Positions 28,569 through 36,746 of a stretch of DNA of 64,000 bases are shown here, in pieces. The notes under the pieces are model-generated. The model did no database searches. It had not been told where the DNA came from and saw nothing but the letters and a program-made list of their open reading frames with translations. The stretch covers positions 672,001 to 736,000 of the forward strand of contig OY969801.1 in NCBI GenBank assembly GCA_963703225.1. The letters run 5' to 3'. The first letter of the stretch is position 1. Each line of letters starts with the position of its first letter. Source of the DNA: Candidatus Eiseniibacteriota bacterium. Its GTDB lineage: Bacteria > Eisenbacteria > RBG-16-71-46 > SZUA-252. Position numbers and translations under genes: made by a program.

Positions 28569-29449
28569 CCGCCCCCGAATTGGGCATCCCGATCTCGCTT
28601 CAGTCTCCGGGGGCAGGGCCGGCATTGGCGCGGAAGCGCGCGACGCTCCTCGAGCTTCTCGGCGGGATGGGGCGCACGCTCGTCGCCTATTCGGGTGGCG
28701 TGGATTCAGCCTACCTTCTTGCCGAGGCCCACTCCGCCATGGGCGGACGCGTTCTGGGCGTAATCGGAAGGAGCCCCTCGCTTCCGGAGGTGGAGTTCGA
28801 GGCCGCGATGGCTCTGGCCGCGTCCCGGGGGATCCCCGTTCGGGCCGTCGAGACCCATGAGATGGAGCGCGATGCCTATCGGGCCAACGGGCCCGACCGC
28901 TGCTACCACTGCAAGGCCGAGCTGTTCGAGCGGCTATGGGCGATCGCTTCGGCGGAGGGTTGGGAATCGCTTGCCTATGGCGCGGTGACCGACGACCTGG
29001 GCGACGTTCGCCCCGGGATGGCGGCGGCCGAGCGCCATCGCGTTCGTGCACCTCTCGTGGAGTCGGGGCTTGGGAAACTGGACGTCAGGGTCCTCGCCCG
29101 GACGATGGGCCTGGCCGTATGGGACAAGCCCCAGTCTCCCTGCCTGGCCTCCCGGGTCCCGCACGGGCAGGCGGTCACCGAGGCGAAACTGGAGCAGGTG
29201 GAGCGGGGTGAAGCGTGGCTGAGGGAGGCGTACGGCCTACGGGTTGTGAGACTCCGCCATGAAGGGAAGAAGGCCAGAATCGAGGTCCGACCCCAGGACA
29301 TCGCCCGCCTCTCCGAGGCCGCCGCATTTTCCAGTATATCTCTGGAGTTAAACAGGTTAGGATTTACACAAGTGGAGGTTGATCGGCGTGGTTACCGCCG
29401 CCCCGATCCCCAGCCCATGGATCTCGAGGAGGTGCAGCACGATGCCTAG
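28565..29449 (+). CDS. larE: LarE-family ATP-dependent sulfur transferase (PP-loop)
   Basis: AYSGGVDS, DRCYHCK, RPGMAA, WDKPQSPCLASR. Confidence 0.85.
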   Translation: MTAPELGIPISLQSPGAGPALARKRATLLELLGGMGRTLVAYSGGVDSAYLLAEAHSAMGGRVLGVIGRSPSLPEVEFEAAMALAASRGIPVRAVETHEMERDAYRANGPDRCYHCKAELFERLWAIASAEGWESLAYGAVTDDLGDVRPGMAAAERHRVRAPLVESGLGKLDVRVLARTMGLAVWDKPQSPCLASRVPHGQAVTEAKLEQVERGEAWLREAYGLRVVRLRHEGKKARIEVRPQDIARLSEAAAFSSISLELNRLGFTQVEVDRRGYRRPDPQPMDLEEVQHDA

Positions 29450-29675
29450 CCCCGATGAGCCCCGGCGGCGCCGACGCGGCGCAGCTGCCAAGTCGGCCGA
29501 ACCGGCCGGAGCCGAAATCCCTTTTGGCAAAAAGAATTACGTGATTTTCGGGGTAGCGGCGGTGGTCATTCTGGCAGGCTACTTTGCCCTCTCCAAGGGC
29601 TCCGTCACCCTCGCCCCCATCCTCTTGCTGGTCGGTTACCTGATCCTCATCCCGTGGGGTATCTTGGCGAAATAA
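29442..29675 (+). CDS. Small 2-TM membrane protein (DUF3098-like)
   Basis: FGKKNY..., LAPILLLVGY, and a GAGGAGG RBS. Confidence 0.75.
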   Translation: MPSPDEPRRRRRGAAAKSAEPAGAEIPFGKKNYVIFGVAAVVILAGYFALSKGSVTLAPILLLVGYLILIPWGILAK

Positions 29676-29677
29676 GC

Positions 29678-29753
29678 GGGCGAATAGCTCAGCTGGGAGA
29701 GCACTTGCCTTACACGCAAGGGGTCACAGGTTCGAGCCCTGTTTCGCCCACCA
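29678..29753 (+). tRNA. tRNA-Val(TAC)
   Basis: GGGCGAA acceptor stem, anticodon arm CTTGC-CTTACAC-GCAAG, GGTTCGAGCC T-loop, encoded CCA; 76 nt. Confidence 0.97.
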
Positions 29754-29791
29754 AATTTTCCGTCCAGGCGCCGCTTACGGCGTTCTAGTGC

Positions 29792-29820
29792 TTGACTTTG
29801 AGGACCAATATTGGTACTAT
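29792..29820 (+). promoter_or_regulatory. Sigma-70-type promoter upstream of secreted gene A1
   Basis: TTGACT-N17-TACTAT in an AT-rich intergenic region. Confidence 0.7.
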
Positions 29821-30047
29821 CTTGGAGTCTTTTAGCGCGGACTACATCGCCAGGATTTTGGGCGGCAGTCGGCACAGCCGTATAAGTCATTGGCTTGACT
29901 GAATATAAGTTCAACTCAACGTCGAAGAAGATTTGCTCGAAAGGAGGTGTTTTCAACCGCCACGGCGTCACGACTACCACTTTCGTGATTTGAAAAACCT
30001 CTACATCCGTGTGCTTGTTCGCAGCTGTTGAGACCCTAGGAGGTGTC

Positions 30048-30884
30048 ATGATGTTGAAAGTGGCCAAGCTGGGCATTGCGATCGCGGCAGTTTTGGCATG
30101 GATCGTCCCGGCCGCCTACGCTGGCGTCCCGGATCTCGTTCAGTCGTTTTACGTGCCGCAGGCGGGATCGACGACGGCCCCGTTGGAGGGGACATCGACC
30201 CCCAACCCGTCGTTCCGGTTCTTCCGTGCGTGTCCGAACAATGACGGTGGGGCGAGCCTGCCGAACAACGCTCGGATCAAGGTAGTGGTGCGGGACGTGA
30301 ATGGGACGGGAATCCAGGGGATCGCCGCGGCGGACATTTGCTTGTTGTTCAATGGTGGGACGCCGGCGCAGTTGTTTACGGGCGTAGGAGCGGACTCGGT
30401 GATAGCGAACGCTCGGTACAACCAGACGCCGCTGTGTCCGGACCTTCGTTGCGTGCAGGCGGATGACCAGACGGACGTGAACGGGACGACGTTCATCACG
30501 TTCACGGGATCGACGGCTGGGAGCCCTGGGATAGGGACGCGCAATCCGTTGCGCAAGTGGGGGCACTACGACACGGAGATTCCGGTGTACGTGTTGGGCT
30601 TCAAGATTTCGGGTCGTTTGACGACCGCGGCTCCGATCGTACCGTACACGCTGCGGATCAAGAATTTCGATCATACGGGTGGTTTGACGACGGCGTTGGA
30701 CCAGGGTGAGACGGTCGCGACGGCGGACTACAACGCGATCGTGATCAATCTTGGCGTGGACAACGCGATTTCGTACTGGCGTGATTTTGACTCAACGGGC
30801 GGTGTGGGAGCGGTTGGCGTCACGGACTACAACGCGGTGACGCTGCACGTGGGCCACGACTGCGATTCCCCGAATAACCCGTAG
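30048..30884 (+). CDS. Secreted protein A1 with C-terminal dockerin-like Asp motifs
   Basis: AGGAGG RBS. Signal peptide ending PAAYA. Paired motifs NFDHTGG...VATADY and DFDSTGG...VGVTDY. Confidence 0.8.
   Translation: MMLKVAKLGIAIAAVLAWIVPAAYAGVPDLVQSFYVPQAGSTTAPLEGTSTPNPSFRFFRACPNNDGGASLPNNARIKVVVRDVNGTGIQGIAAADICLLFNGGTPAQLFTGVGADSVIANARYNQTPLCPDLRCVQADDQTDVNGTTFITFTGSTAGSPGIGTRNPLRKWGHYDTEIPVYVLGFKISGRLTTAAPIVPYTLRIKNFDHTGGLTTALDQGETVATADYNAIVINLGVDNAISYWRDFDSTGGVGAVGVTDYNAVTLHVGHDCDSPNNP
30106..30884 (+). repeat. 779-bp direct repeat, copy 1 (partner 32135-32913)
   Basis: Base-by-base reading found one difference: G30587 versus A32616, synonymous Val. Confidence 0.93.
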
Positions 30885-31004
30885 TTCGGTAATTGGGCCC
30901 TGCCGGGCCGGCGGACGCGCGGTCGAGAGACGGTGCGGCGCCTGCCTGGCAGGACTGATCCCGAACCGCGCGATGGTCGCCGGTCGGACAAGGAGGGATC
31001 TGGA

Positions 31005-31664
31005 ATGAAGAATTGCTTACTGCTCCTCGCGGTTGTGGCGGCGCTGTTGGTCGGAGCTCCCGCTTACAGCCAGTATGTGTTCCTGGATGTGGATCACGAC
31101 ACCTTCAACAGCGTCAACGGTGGCAACCCCGGCCCTGGCAATGACGTGCTGGTGGCTGGCGTGAACAATGTCGACGTCTACTTCGTGACCAACAAGAATC
31201 GGGACGGCAGCGACGCGGTTTGCGCCTCCGGCTCCGAGACGTTCTCCATCGTCTCCTACGAGGTCTCGATCCATTCGACGGGCTCGGGGTCGGTCGTCAT
31301 CGGCACCTGGACCGACGCCATGGGGTTCGCGAACGGACTTACCTCATGCGGCACGATGTGCTCCAACAACGTGGATGCCTGGATCGCTCGCGGAGGAGCG
31401 ATTGCCGATCTCAAGCCCGCGGGCAAGTACAAGGTCGGCACGCTTCAGGTTACGGTTACCGGCGCGGTGAAGCTCGATGTGGCCGCCGGGGTCCCGAACC
31501 TCGACACCCACGCCGCGACCACGTTTGGTTCCGAGTGCGCCGGCGGCATTGCCTTCGACAACACGATTCGGCTCGACCAGGATTTCTTTGACAAGGACGG
31601 GACCGCGGCTCCGATCGCCGTCGTCAAGACGACCTGGGGCGAGATCAAGAAGCTGTACCAGTAA
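31005..31664 (+). CDS. Secreted beta-rich protein B1 with C-terminal TTWGEIKKLYQ motif
   Basis: AAGGAGGG RBS, signal peptide MKNCLLLLAVVAALLVGAPAYS, paralog of 33072-33719. Confidence 0.8.
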   Translation: MKNCLLLLAVVAALLVGAPAYSQYVFLDVDHDTFNSVNGGNPGPGNDVLVAGVNNVDVYFVTNKNRDGSDAVCASGSETFSIVSYEVSIHSTGSGSVVIGTWTDAMGFANGLTSCGTMCSNNVDAWIARGGAIADLKPAGKYKVGTLQVTVTGAVKLDVAAGVPNLDTHAATTFGSECAGGIAFDNTIRLDQDFFDKDGTAAPIAVVKTTWGEIKKLYQ

Positions 31665-31712
31665 ATCGGATCCAACCCCACCAAGTGTGCGTGTGGGGGG
31701 CTTGACATAACG

Positions 31713-31750
31713 AGGGGCGCGCGAGGATTCGCGCGCCCCTTGAGTTTTTT
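31713..31750 (+). terminator. Rho-independent terminator after B1
   Basis: AGGGGCGCGCGA-ggat-TCGCGCGCCCCT followed by TGAGTTTTTT. Confidence 0.8.
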
Positions 31751-32070
31751 GGCCGGCAACGCCGAGAGGGTGTTCCAGCCTCTCGGTCCTCGAGTCCGAG
31801 GGTGGAATCGGGGAGACTGGCCGGCTCCGCGCCAGGAGGACCATGGGCGGGGAGCCGGGCGGTTCCGGAGCTCGGGAGGCTCCGACGGCCGCGTTCTGGG
31901 GTTCACGGGCCCCAGGTTGGGCTTTGGAGGCGTCGACCGGGAGACAGGGATTCAGTGGCCGGTCGACGGAATCAGGTTCGGGTCGCCATTCGCTGCCCGG
32001 GACAGGCAGCACCGGCGGATTCGGACACGACCAATGCTGGGGGCAGAGCCTCCAGCGGGGAGGATTCAGA

Positions 32071-32913
32071 ATGCCTGAAAGGTGGAAAGTGTCATTAACG
32101 CTCATCGCGATGGTGGGGATGATCGCGATGGCCTTCCCGGCCGCCTACGCTGGCGTCCCGGATCTCGTTCAGTCGTTTTACGTGCCGCAGGCGGGATCGA
32201 CGACGGCCCCGTTGGAGGGGACATCGACCCCCAACCCGTCGTTCCGGTTCTTCCGTGCGTGTCCGAACAATGACGGTGGGGCGAGCCTGCCGAACAACGC
32301 TCGGATCAAGGTAGTGGTGCGGGACGTGAATGGGACGGGAATCCAGGGGATCGCCGCGGCGGACATTTGCTTGTTGTTCAATGGTGGGACGCCGGCGCAG
32401 TTGTTTACGGGCGTAGGAGCGGACTCGGTGATAGCGAACGCTCGGTACAACCAGACGCCGCTGTGTCCGGACCTTCGTTGCGTGCAGGCGGATGACCAGA
32501 CGGACGTGAACGGGACGACGTTCATCACGTTCACGGGATCGACGGCTGGGAGCCCTGGGATAGGGACGCGCAATCCGTTGCGCAAGTGGGGGCACTACGA
32601 CACGGAGATTCCGGTATACGTGTTGGGCTTCAAGATTTCGGGTCGTTTGACGACCGCGGCTCCGATCGTACCGTACACGCTGCGGATCAAGAATTTCGAT
32701 CATACGGGTGGTTTGACGACGGCGTTGGACCAGGGTGAGACGGTCGCGACGGCGGACTACAACGCGATCGTGATCAATCTTGGCGTGGACAACGCGATTT
32801 CGTACTGGCGTGATTTTGACTCAACGGGCGGTGTGGGAGCGGTTGGCGTCACGGACTACAACGCGGTGACGCTGCACGTGGGCCACGACTGCGATTCCCC
32901 GAATAACCCGTAG
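32071..32913 (+). CDS. Secreted protein A2 (mature part identical to A1, different signal peptide)
   Basis: GGAGG RBS. MPERWKVSLTLIAMVGMIAMAFPAAYA followed by the same mature sequence as A1. Confidence 0.8.
   Translation: MPERWKVSLTLIAMVGMIAMAFPAAYAGVPDLVQSFYVPQAGSTTAPLEGTSTPNPSFRFFRACPNNDGGASLPNNARIKVVVRDVNGTGIQGIAAADICLLFNGGTPAQLFTGVGADSVIANARYNQTPLCPDLRCVQADDQTDVNGTTFITFTGSTAGSPGIGTRNPLRKWGHYDTEIPVYVLGFKISGRLTTAAPIVPYTLRIKNFDHTGGLTTALDQGETVATADYNAIVINLGVDNAISYWRDFDSTGGVGAVGVTDYNAVTLHVGHDCDSPNNP
32135..32913 (+). repeat. 779-bp direct repeat, copy 2
   Basis: Offset 2029 nt from copy 1; ends exactly at the TAG stop. Confidence 0.93.
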
Positions 32914-33007
32914 CATTCGTTTCGAGCACGGAGAGACGGGGCATCCCCATCCGTCCTCCGGAACAAGAGTGCGGCTCAGGTCCTCCCCCTTGCGAGCCGA
33001 CGATTGT

Positions 33008-33039
33008 GGGCGGCAGCCCTTTCGGGTTGCCGCCCTTTT
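33008..33039 (+). terminator. Rho-independent terminator after A2
   Basis: GGGCGGCAGCCC-tttc-GGGTTGCCGCCC-TTTT. Confidence 0.8.
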
Positions 33040-33071
33040 GTATTAGGATTAGCCGCCATGAGGGAGCAACG

Positions 33072-33719
33072 ATGAAGCGGAGCCTATTATTGCTTGCCGT
33101 TCTAGCGGGACTCCTGGCCGCGGTCCCCGGCTACGGCCAGTATGTGTTCCTCGACGTGAACGGAGACCGGCAGAACAGCCATGCGAGCGGTGGCCTGCCA
33201 CCCGACGTGCTCGACCCCTCCGTGACCAGCGTCGACGTCTATTTGGTGACCGACAAGAATCGGGATGGCAGCGACGCGGTCTGCACCAATTCGACCGATC
33301 CCTTCTCGATTCTCTCCTACGAATTCACCCTCCATGCGTCGGGCCCGGGGACCGTGACGTACGGCTCTTGGACCGACAACCTAGGCTTTGGGGTCGGGTT
33401 GGTGTCCTGCGGCGACCGGGTGGTCTGCGCGGTTTCGGACGATGCGTGGATCGCCAAGGGGACGAGGTCGCCGCTCTCACCGGGTACCTATCGGGTGGGG
33501 AGCCTCGCGATCGAGGTGACGGGCCATCCCGTTCTCGATGTGGTAACCGGCAGCCCCGTGATTCACTCGGCGGAGACTTCGTTCGGCTCCACCTGCTTGG
33601 GGAGCAATTTCAACAACACGATCACCCTCGGACCCGACTTCACCGACACGGACGGTACGGAACAGTCCAACCCCGTCCTGACAACGGTGTGGGACAAGAT
33701 CAAGACGCTCTATCACTAG
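33072..33719 (+). CDS. Secreted protein B2 (paralog of B1) with C-terminal TVWDKIKTLYH
   Basis: Shares QYVFLDV, VDVYxVTxKNRDGSDAVC, FSIxSYE, WTD, DAWIA and TxFGSxC with B1. Confidence 0.8.
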   Translation: MKRSLLLLAVLAGLLAAVPGYGQYVFLDVNGDRQNSHASGGLPPDVLDPSVTSVDVYLVTDKNRDGSDAVCTNSTDPFSILSYEFTLHASGPGTVTYGSWTDNLGFGVGLVSCGDRVVCAVSDDAWIAKGTRSPLSPGTYRVGSLAIEVTGHPVLDVVTGSPVIHSAETSFGSTCLGSNFNNTITLGPDFTDTDGTEQSNPVLTTVWDKIKTLYH

Positions 33720-34624
33720 CGGATGACGTAGGCGAGCGCGAAGCCGACCTGGGCGGCAAACATCATCGCGTACATGTGGGTCCAGGACGGGTGGTTCTCG
33801 GTGCGGGCCAAGTCGTCCGGGCGCCGGACCATCAGGTAGACCACGTAGGCCCCCCAGAGCGAAAGCAGCGCGGATAGCGGATAGAGGACGACCGGGCTCC
33901 CGGTCAGGTATCCGCTTCTGAGTCCGTAGGGGATCAGCAGGAAGGGCAGCACGAGAAACGGAGCGATGATCCAGGCGGCGCGCCTCGCCCCGTGCACCAC
34001 CGGCAACGTCCGGAACCCGGCCGCCTCGTCTCCCCTCATGTCCGCGAAGTCCTTGGTCGTCGTGGCCCCGAGCAAAAAGAGCCCAAAAATCGCGCCGATG
34101 TACCAAGGCTCGAGGCGCCCGAAATCCCGGACACAGGCCCACCCCGCCACCTTGAGGAGCACGCCCCGCGGGATCGCGATCACGAGGTTCGCGAGGTAGG
34201 GGACCGCCTTGAGGCGAAAGGGGGGCGCGGAGTAGAGAACCGTCAGGACCGCCGCCGTGCCGGCCAGGAGGGTGCACTGAGGGCCCACCGGGGCCGCCAG
34301 AGCGAACGCGGCCACGTAGAGCCACCCTGCCAGCCCGATCGCCTCCGAGGGCGCGACACGGCCCGCCGGGATCGGCCGGCTCGGCTTGTTGATCCGGTCG
34401 GCCTCGAGATCGGTGACCTGGTTCAGGGTATTGGAGGCCGCGTTCAGGACCGCCGCCATGAGCGTGCCCAGTGCGATTTTGACCACCACCCACGGCGTCA
34501 GGGGCACCGGGGGAGCCGCGCCCAGCGCGATCACGCTCCCCGTGAACATGCCGAGGGCGGGGGCGATCAGCGTGAAGGGGCGGGCCAGCTCCCAGGCGGT
34601 TCGCGCTCGGTCAGCGAAGGCCAA
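33716..34624 (-). CDS. UbiA-family prenyltransferase
   Basis: TTG start (LAFADRARTAWELARPFT). Asp-rich motifs NQVTDLEADRINKPSRPIPAG and KDFADMRGD, LYSAPPFRLK, multiple TM helices. Confidence 0.88.
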   Translation of the reverse strand: MAFADRARTAWELARPFTLIAPALGMFTGSVIALGAAPPVPLTPWVVVKIALGTLMAAVLNAASNTLNQVTDLEADRINKPSRPIPAGRVAPSEAIGLAGWLYVAAFALAAPVGPQCTLLAGTAAVLTVLYSAPPFRLKAVPYLANLVIAIPRGVLLKVAGWACVRDFGRLEPWYIGAIFGLFLLGATTTKDFADMRGDEAAGFRTLPVVHGARRAAWIIAPFLVLPFLLIPYGLRSGYLTGSPVVLYPLSALLSLWGAYVVYLMVRRPDDLARTENHPSWTHMYAMMFAAQVGFALAYVIR

Positions 34625-36650
34625 GGTCTTTGCCGTCCATCCCGGCCGGCGGCTCGATTCCAAGCCGGCGGAGCACCGTCGGCGCCACGTCCATGATCCG
34701 GGCGTCGACGCTCTCGATGGGTCGGCTCGAGAAGAAGACGCCGGGCACTTCGGACGGGTCCACGGAGCAGTGATCGGCGCTCCAGCGACGCTCGTTCGGC
34801 TCGATGACCTGGGGCGGGATTCCCCCGAGCGAGGTCTGCCACGAAACGCGGTACCCGCGCTCGAAGCCGACCACCATGTCAGGCGCCTCGTTGAAATAGG
34901 GCCCGTTGTAGATCTCGTCCCGCTTGTAGACGTGCCGGACCACCGCCTCGCCGGTGTCGGGGTCGCGGAGCGCGCCAAAGCGGCGAACGATCTCGCTCCG
35001 GAGCGAGTCGTATTCCGCCCCTGGCGCCACGTGCCGAAGCGTTCCCGTCCCTTGAGGTTCACGTAGATCTGTCCGAGGGCCAGGGCGTAGGCGCGCGTCT
35101 TGGTCCAATCGACGTTCGGCCAAAAGGTGCCGCGGCCGAACAGGTCCTCCAGATTCCGGTCCCGGACGGGGTCCACCCGCGAAAGGGTCATGTAGCCGTT
35201 CCGCACGAGCCAGGTGTTGATGTTCACGGCCTTGCGAAAACTCGAAAATCCATGGTCGGAGACGACAAGGAGGACGCCCCGCCCATCCTTGCAGCTCTCT
35301 AGAAGTGTCCCGACGAGGCTGTCGGCGCGCATGTAGACGCGGTCGATCGCGTCCCCGTACTGCGCGGCCAGCCTGGCGGCTGTACATCGGGTGCTTGGGA
35401 TCGATGAGCCGCCAGAACATGTGCTGCACCTTGTCGGTCGACTGGAACACGCTCACGAAGAGATCGGGATTCATCTGATGGAGCGCGTCGAGGACGAGCG
35501 CGCGCTGACGGTCGAAGGTGAAATTGAGGTCCTCGAGGAAGATCCGCTCGTCGATCGCTTCCTCATTGAGCGCCCACGTGTCCTCGGGCCACCCGAGCGT
35601 CTTGTAGAGGCCATTCCGCCGCGCCAGCTCGGCGCTGTAAGCGGGAGGGCCGGAGATCGGGACCGGCGGGCGCCTCGGATCGAAGTTGATGGGGGAGAGA
35701 TAGACCCGCATCTCCGGATACGCCTCGACGACGTGAAAGCGGGCGATGCCGCGAAGCGTGACCAGCGGGGCGACGGTGAACTGAATCGGGTACCAGTCGC
35801 TCCACTCTCCTTGGCGCACGGTGCGGATCCGCCCCTGCACCGCGATCCGCACCGCGGGCCGCGCGCCTTTGCCCGAGCCGGCATCTCCAGCCGGCGGCGC
35901 GCTCCGGATTCTCTGGAATTCGACCGGGAGCGTGATGTCGGGGATGCGCCCTTCGGCGTCGCGCTTGGCGAGCGGATTTCGGGGGCCATGGATCACCGAG
36001 ACCGCGCGGCCCGTCTTGTCGAGGCGGATCCGGGCCACCTTTCCCCCCATCTCGGTGTCCCCGACGCCGGTGGCGTTGGTCGCCCAGAAGGAGAAAGTGC
36101 CCATGGTGCCGCGGATGTCGGGAACCCCCAGGCCCGAGAGGAGTACGCCATTCTGTAGCTTCTCGGGCGGGAAGTTGATGGGGGCTTCCAGAACCGCGGT
36201 CCGCACCCCGTGCGTGGAGGCGATTTGCCAGAAGGTGGTCCCTTTGCGGTTGTTCGTGATCGTCGGCGCCTTGGTCGGCAGGAACCCGAACGCGAATTTG
36301 CCGCGTTGGATGGTGACGGTCGAGAAGTCGGGATAGTAGGTGTAGGGATTTCGCCGCAGGAAATCGAAGATTCGGGTCTTGCCGGGGTTCATCCCGGTGG
36401 AGAACGCCGACCAGGCGACCGGAGATTGGGCCGGGTTCGTGGTGGCGAGACGGCGCATCGCGCCGTGCTCCTTCATCCAGGCGAGATGGGGGAGCTTTCC
36501 CTCCGCGATGAGCCGATCGGCCATCTCGGGGTCCATGCCGTCGAACCCAAGGATGTAGACCCGCGCCGCGGGCTCGGCGCGGATGGGCGTGTCTGAAATC
36601 GCGACGGCGGCCAGCAGGGCGAGGAGCGCGACCGGCCCGACAATCCGCAT
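34611..36650 (-). CDS. Alkaline phosphatase superfamily / type I phosphodiesterase-nucleotide pyrophosphatase; internal frameshifts ~35380-35040
   Basis: ILGFDGMD, SPVAWSAFSTGMNPGK, TDKVQHMFW, VVSDHGF (other frame), WSADH. Confidence 0.85.
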   Translation of the reverse strand: MRIVGPVALLALLAAVAISDTPIRAEPAARVYILGFDGMDPEMADRLIAEGKLPHLAWMKEHGAMRRLATTNPAQSPVAWSAFSTGMNPGKTRIFDFLRRNPYTYYPDFSTVTIQRGKFAFGFLPTKAPTITNNRKGTTFWQIASTHGVRTAVLEAPINFPPEKLQNGVLLSGLGVPDIRGTMGTFSFWATNATGVGDTEMGGKVARIRLDKTGRAVSVIHGPRNPLAKRDAEGRIPDITLPVEFQRIRSAPPAGDAGSGKGARPAVRIAVQGRIRTVRQGEWSDWYPIQFTVAPLVTLRGIARFHVVEAYPEMRVYLSPINFDPRRPPVPISGPPAYSAELARRNGLYKTLGWPEDTWALNEEAIDERIFLEDLNFTFDRQRALVLDALHQMNPDLFVSVFQSTDKVQHMFWRLIDPKHPMYSRQAGRAVRGRDRPRLHARRQPRRDTSRELQGWAGRPPCRLRPWIFEFSQGREHQHLARAERLHDPFAGGPRPGPESGGPVRPRHLLAERRLDQDARLRPGPRTDLREPQGTGTLRHVAPGAEYDSLRSEIVRRFGALRDPDTGEAVVRHVYKRDEIYNGPYFNEAPDMVVGFERGYRVSWQTSLGGIPPQVIEPNERRWSADHCSVDPSEVPGVFFSSRPIESVDARIMDVAPTVLRRLGIEPPAGMDGKDLGLR

Positions 36651-36746
36651 CGGTCTACTCCTCACGGTTGAATTCGAGCGATGGCGCACACCGGCGCCGA
36701 AAATCGTAGCATCGCGCTTCCCGCAGTGTCAAACCCAGGGGGTGAC

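Noticed and set aside
30106..32913. 779-bp repeats as IS elements or a DGR template/variable pair
   Set aside because: They encode a secreted protein and show no transposase, inverted repeats or reverse transcriptase. The single synonymous difference does not fit adenine-specific diversification.
29678..33719. Genomic island integrated at tRNA-Val
   Set aside because: Composition shifts after the tRNA, but I found no integrase and no duplicated tRNA 3' end.
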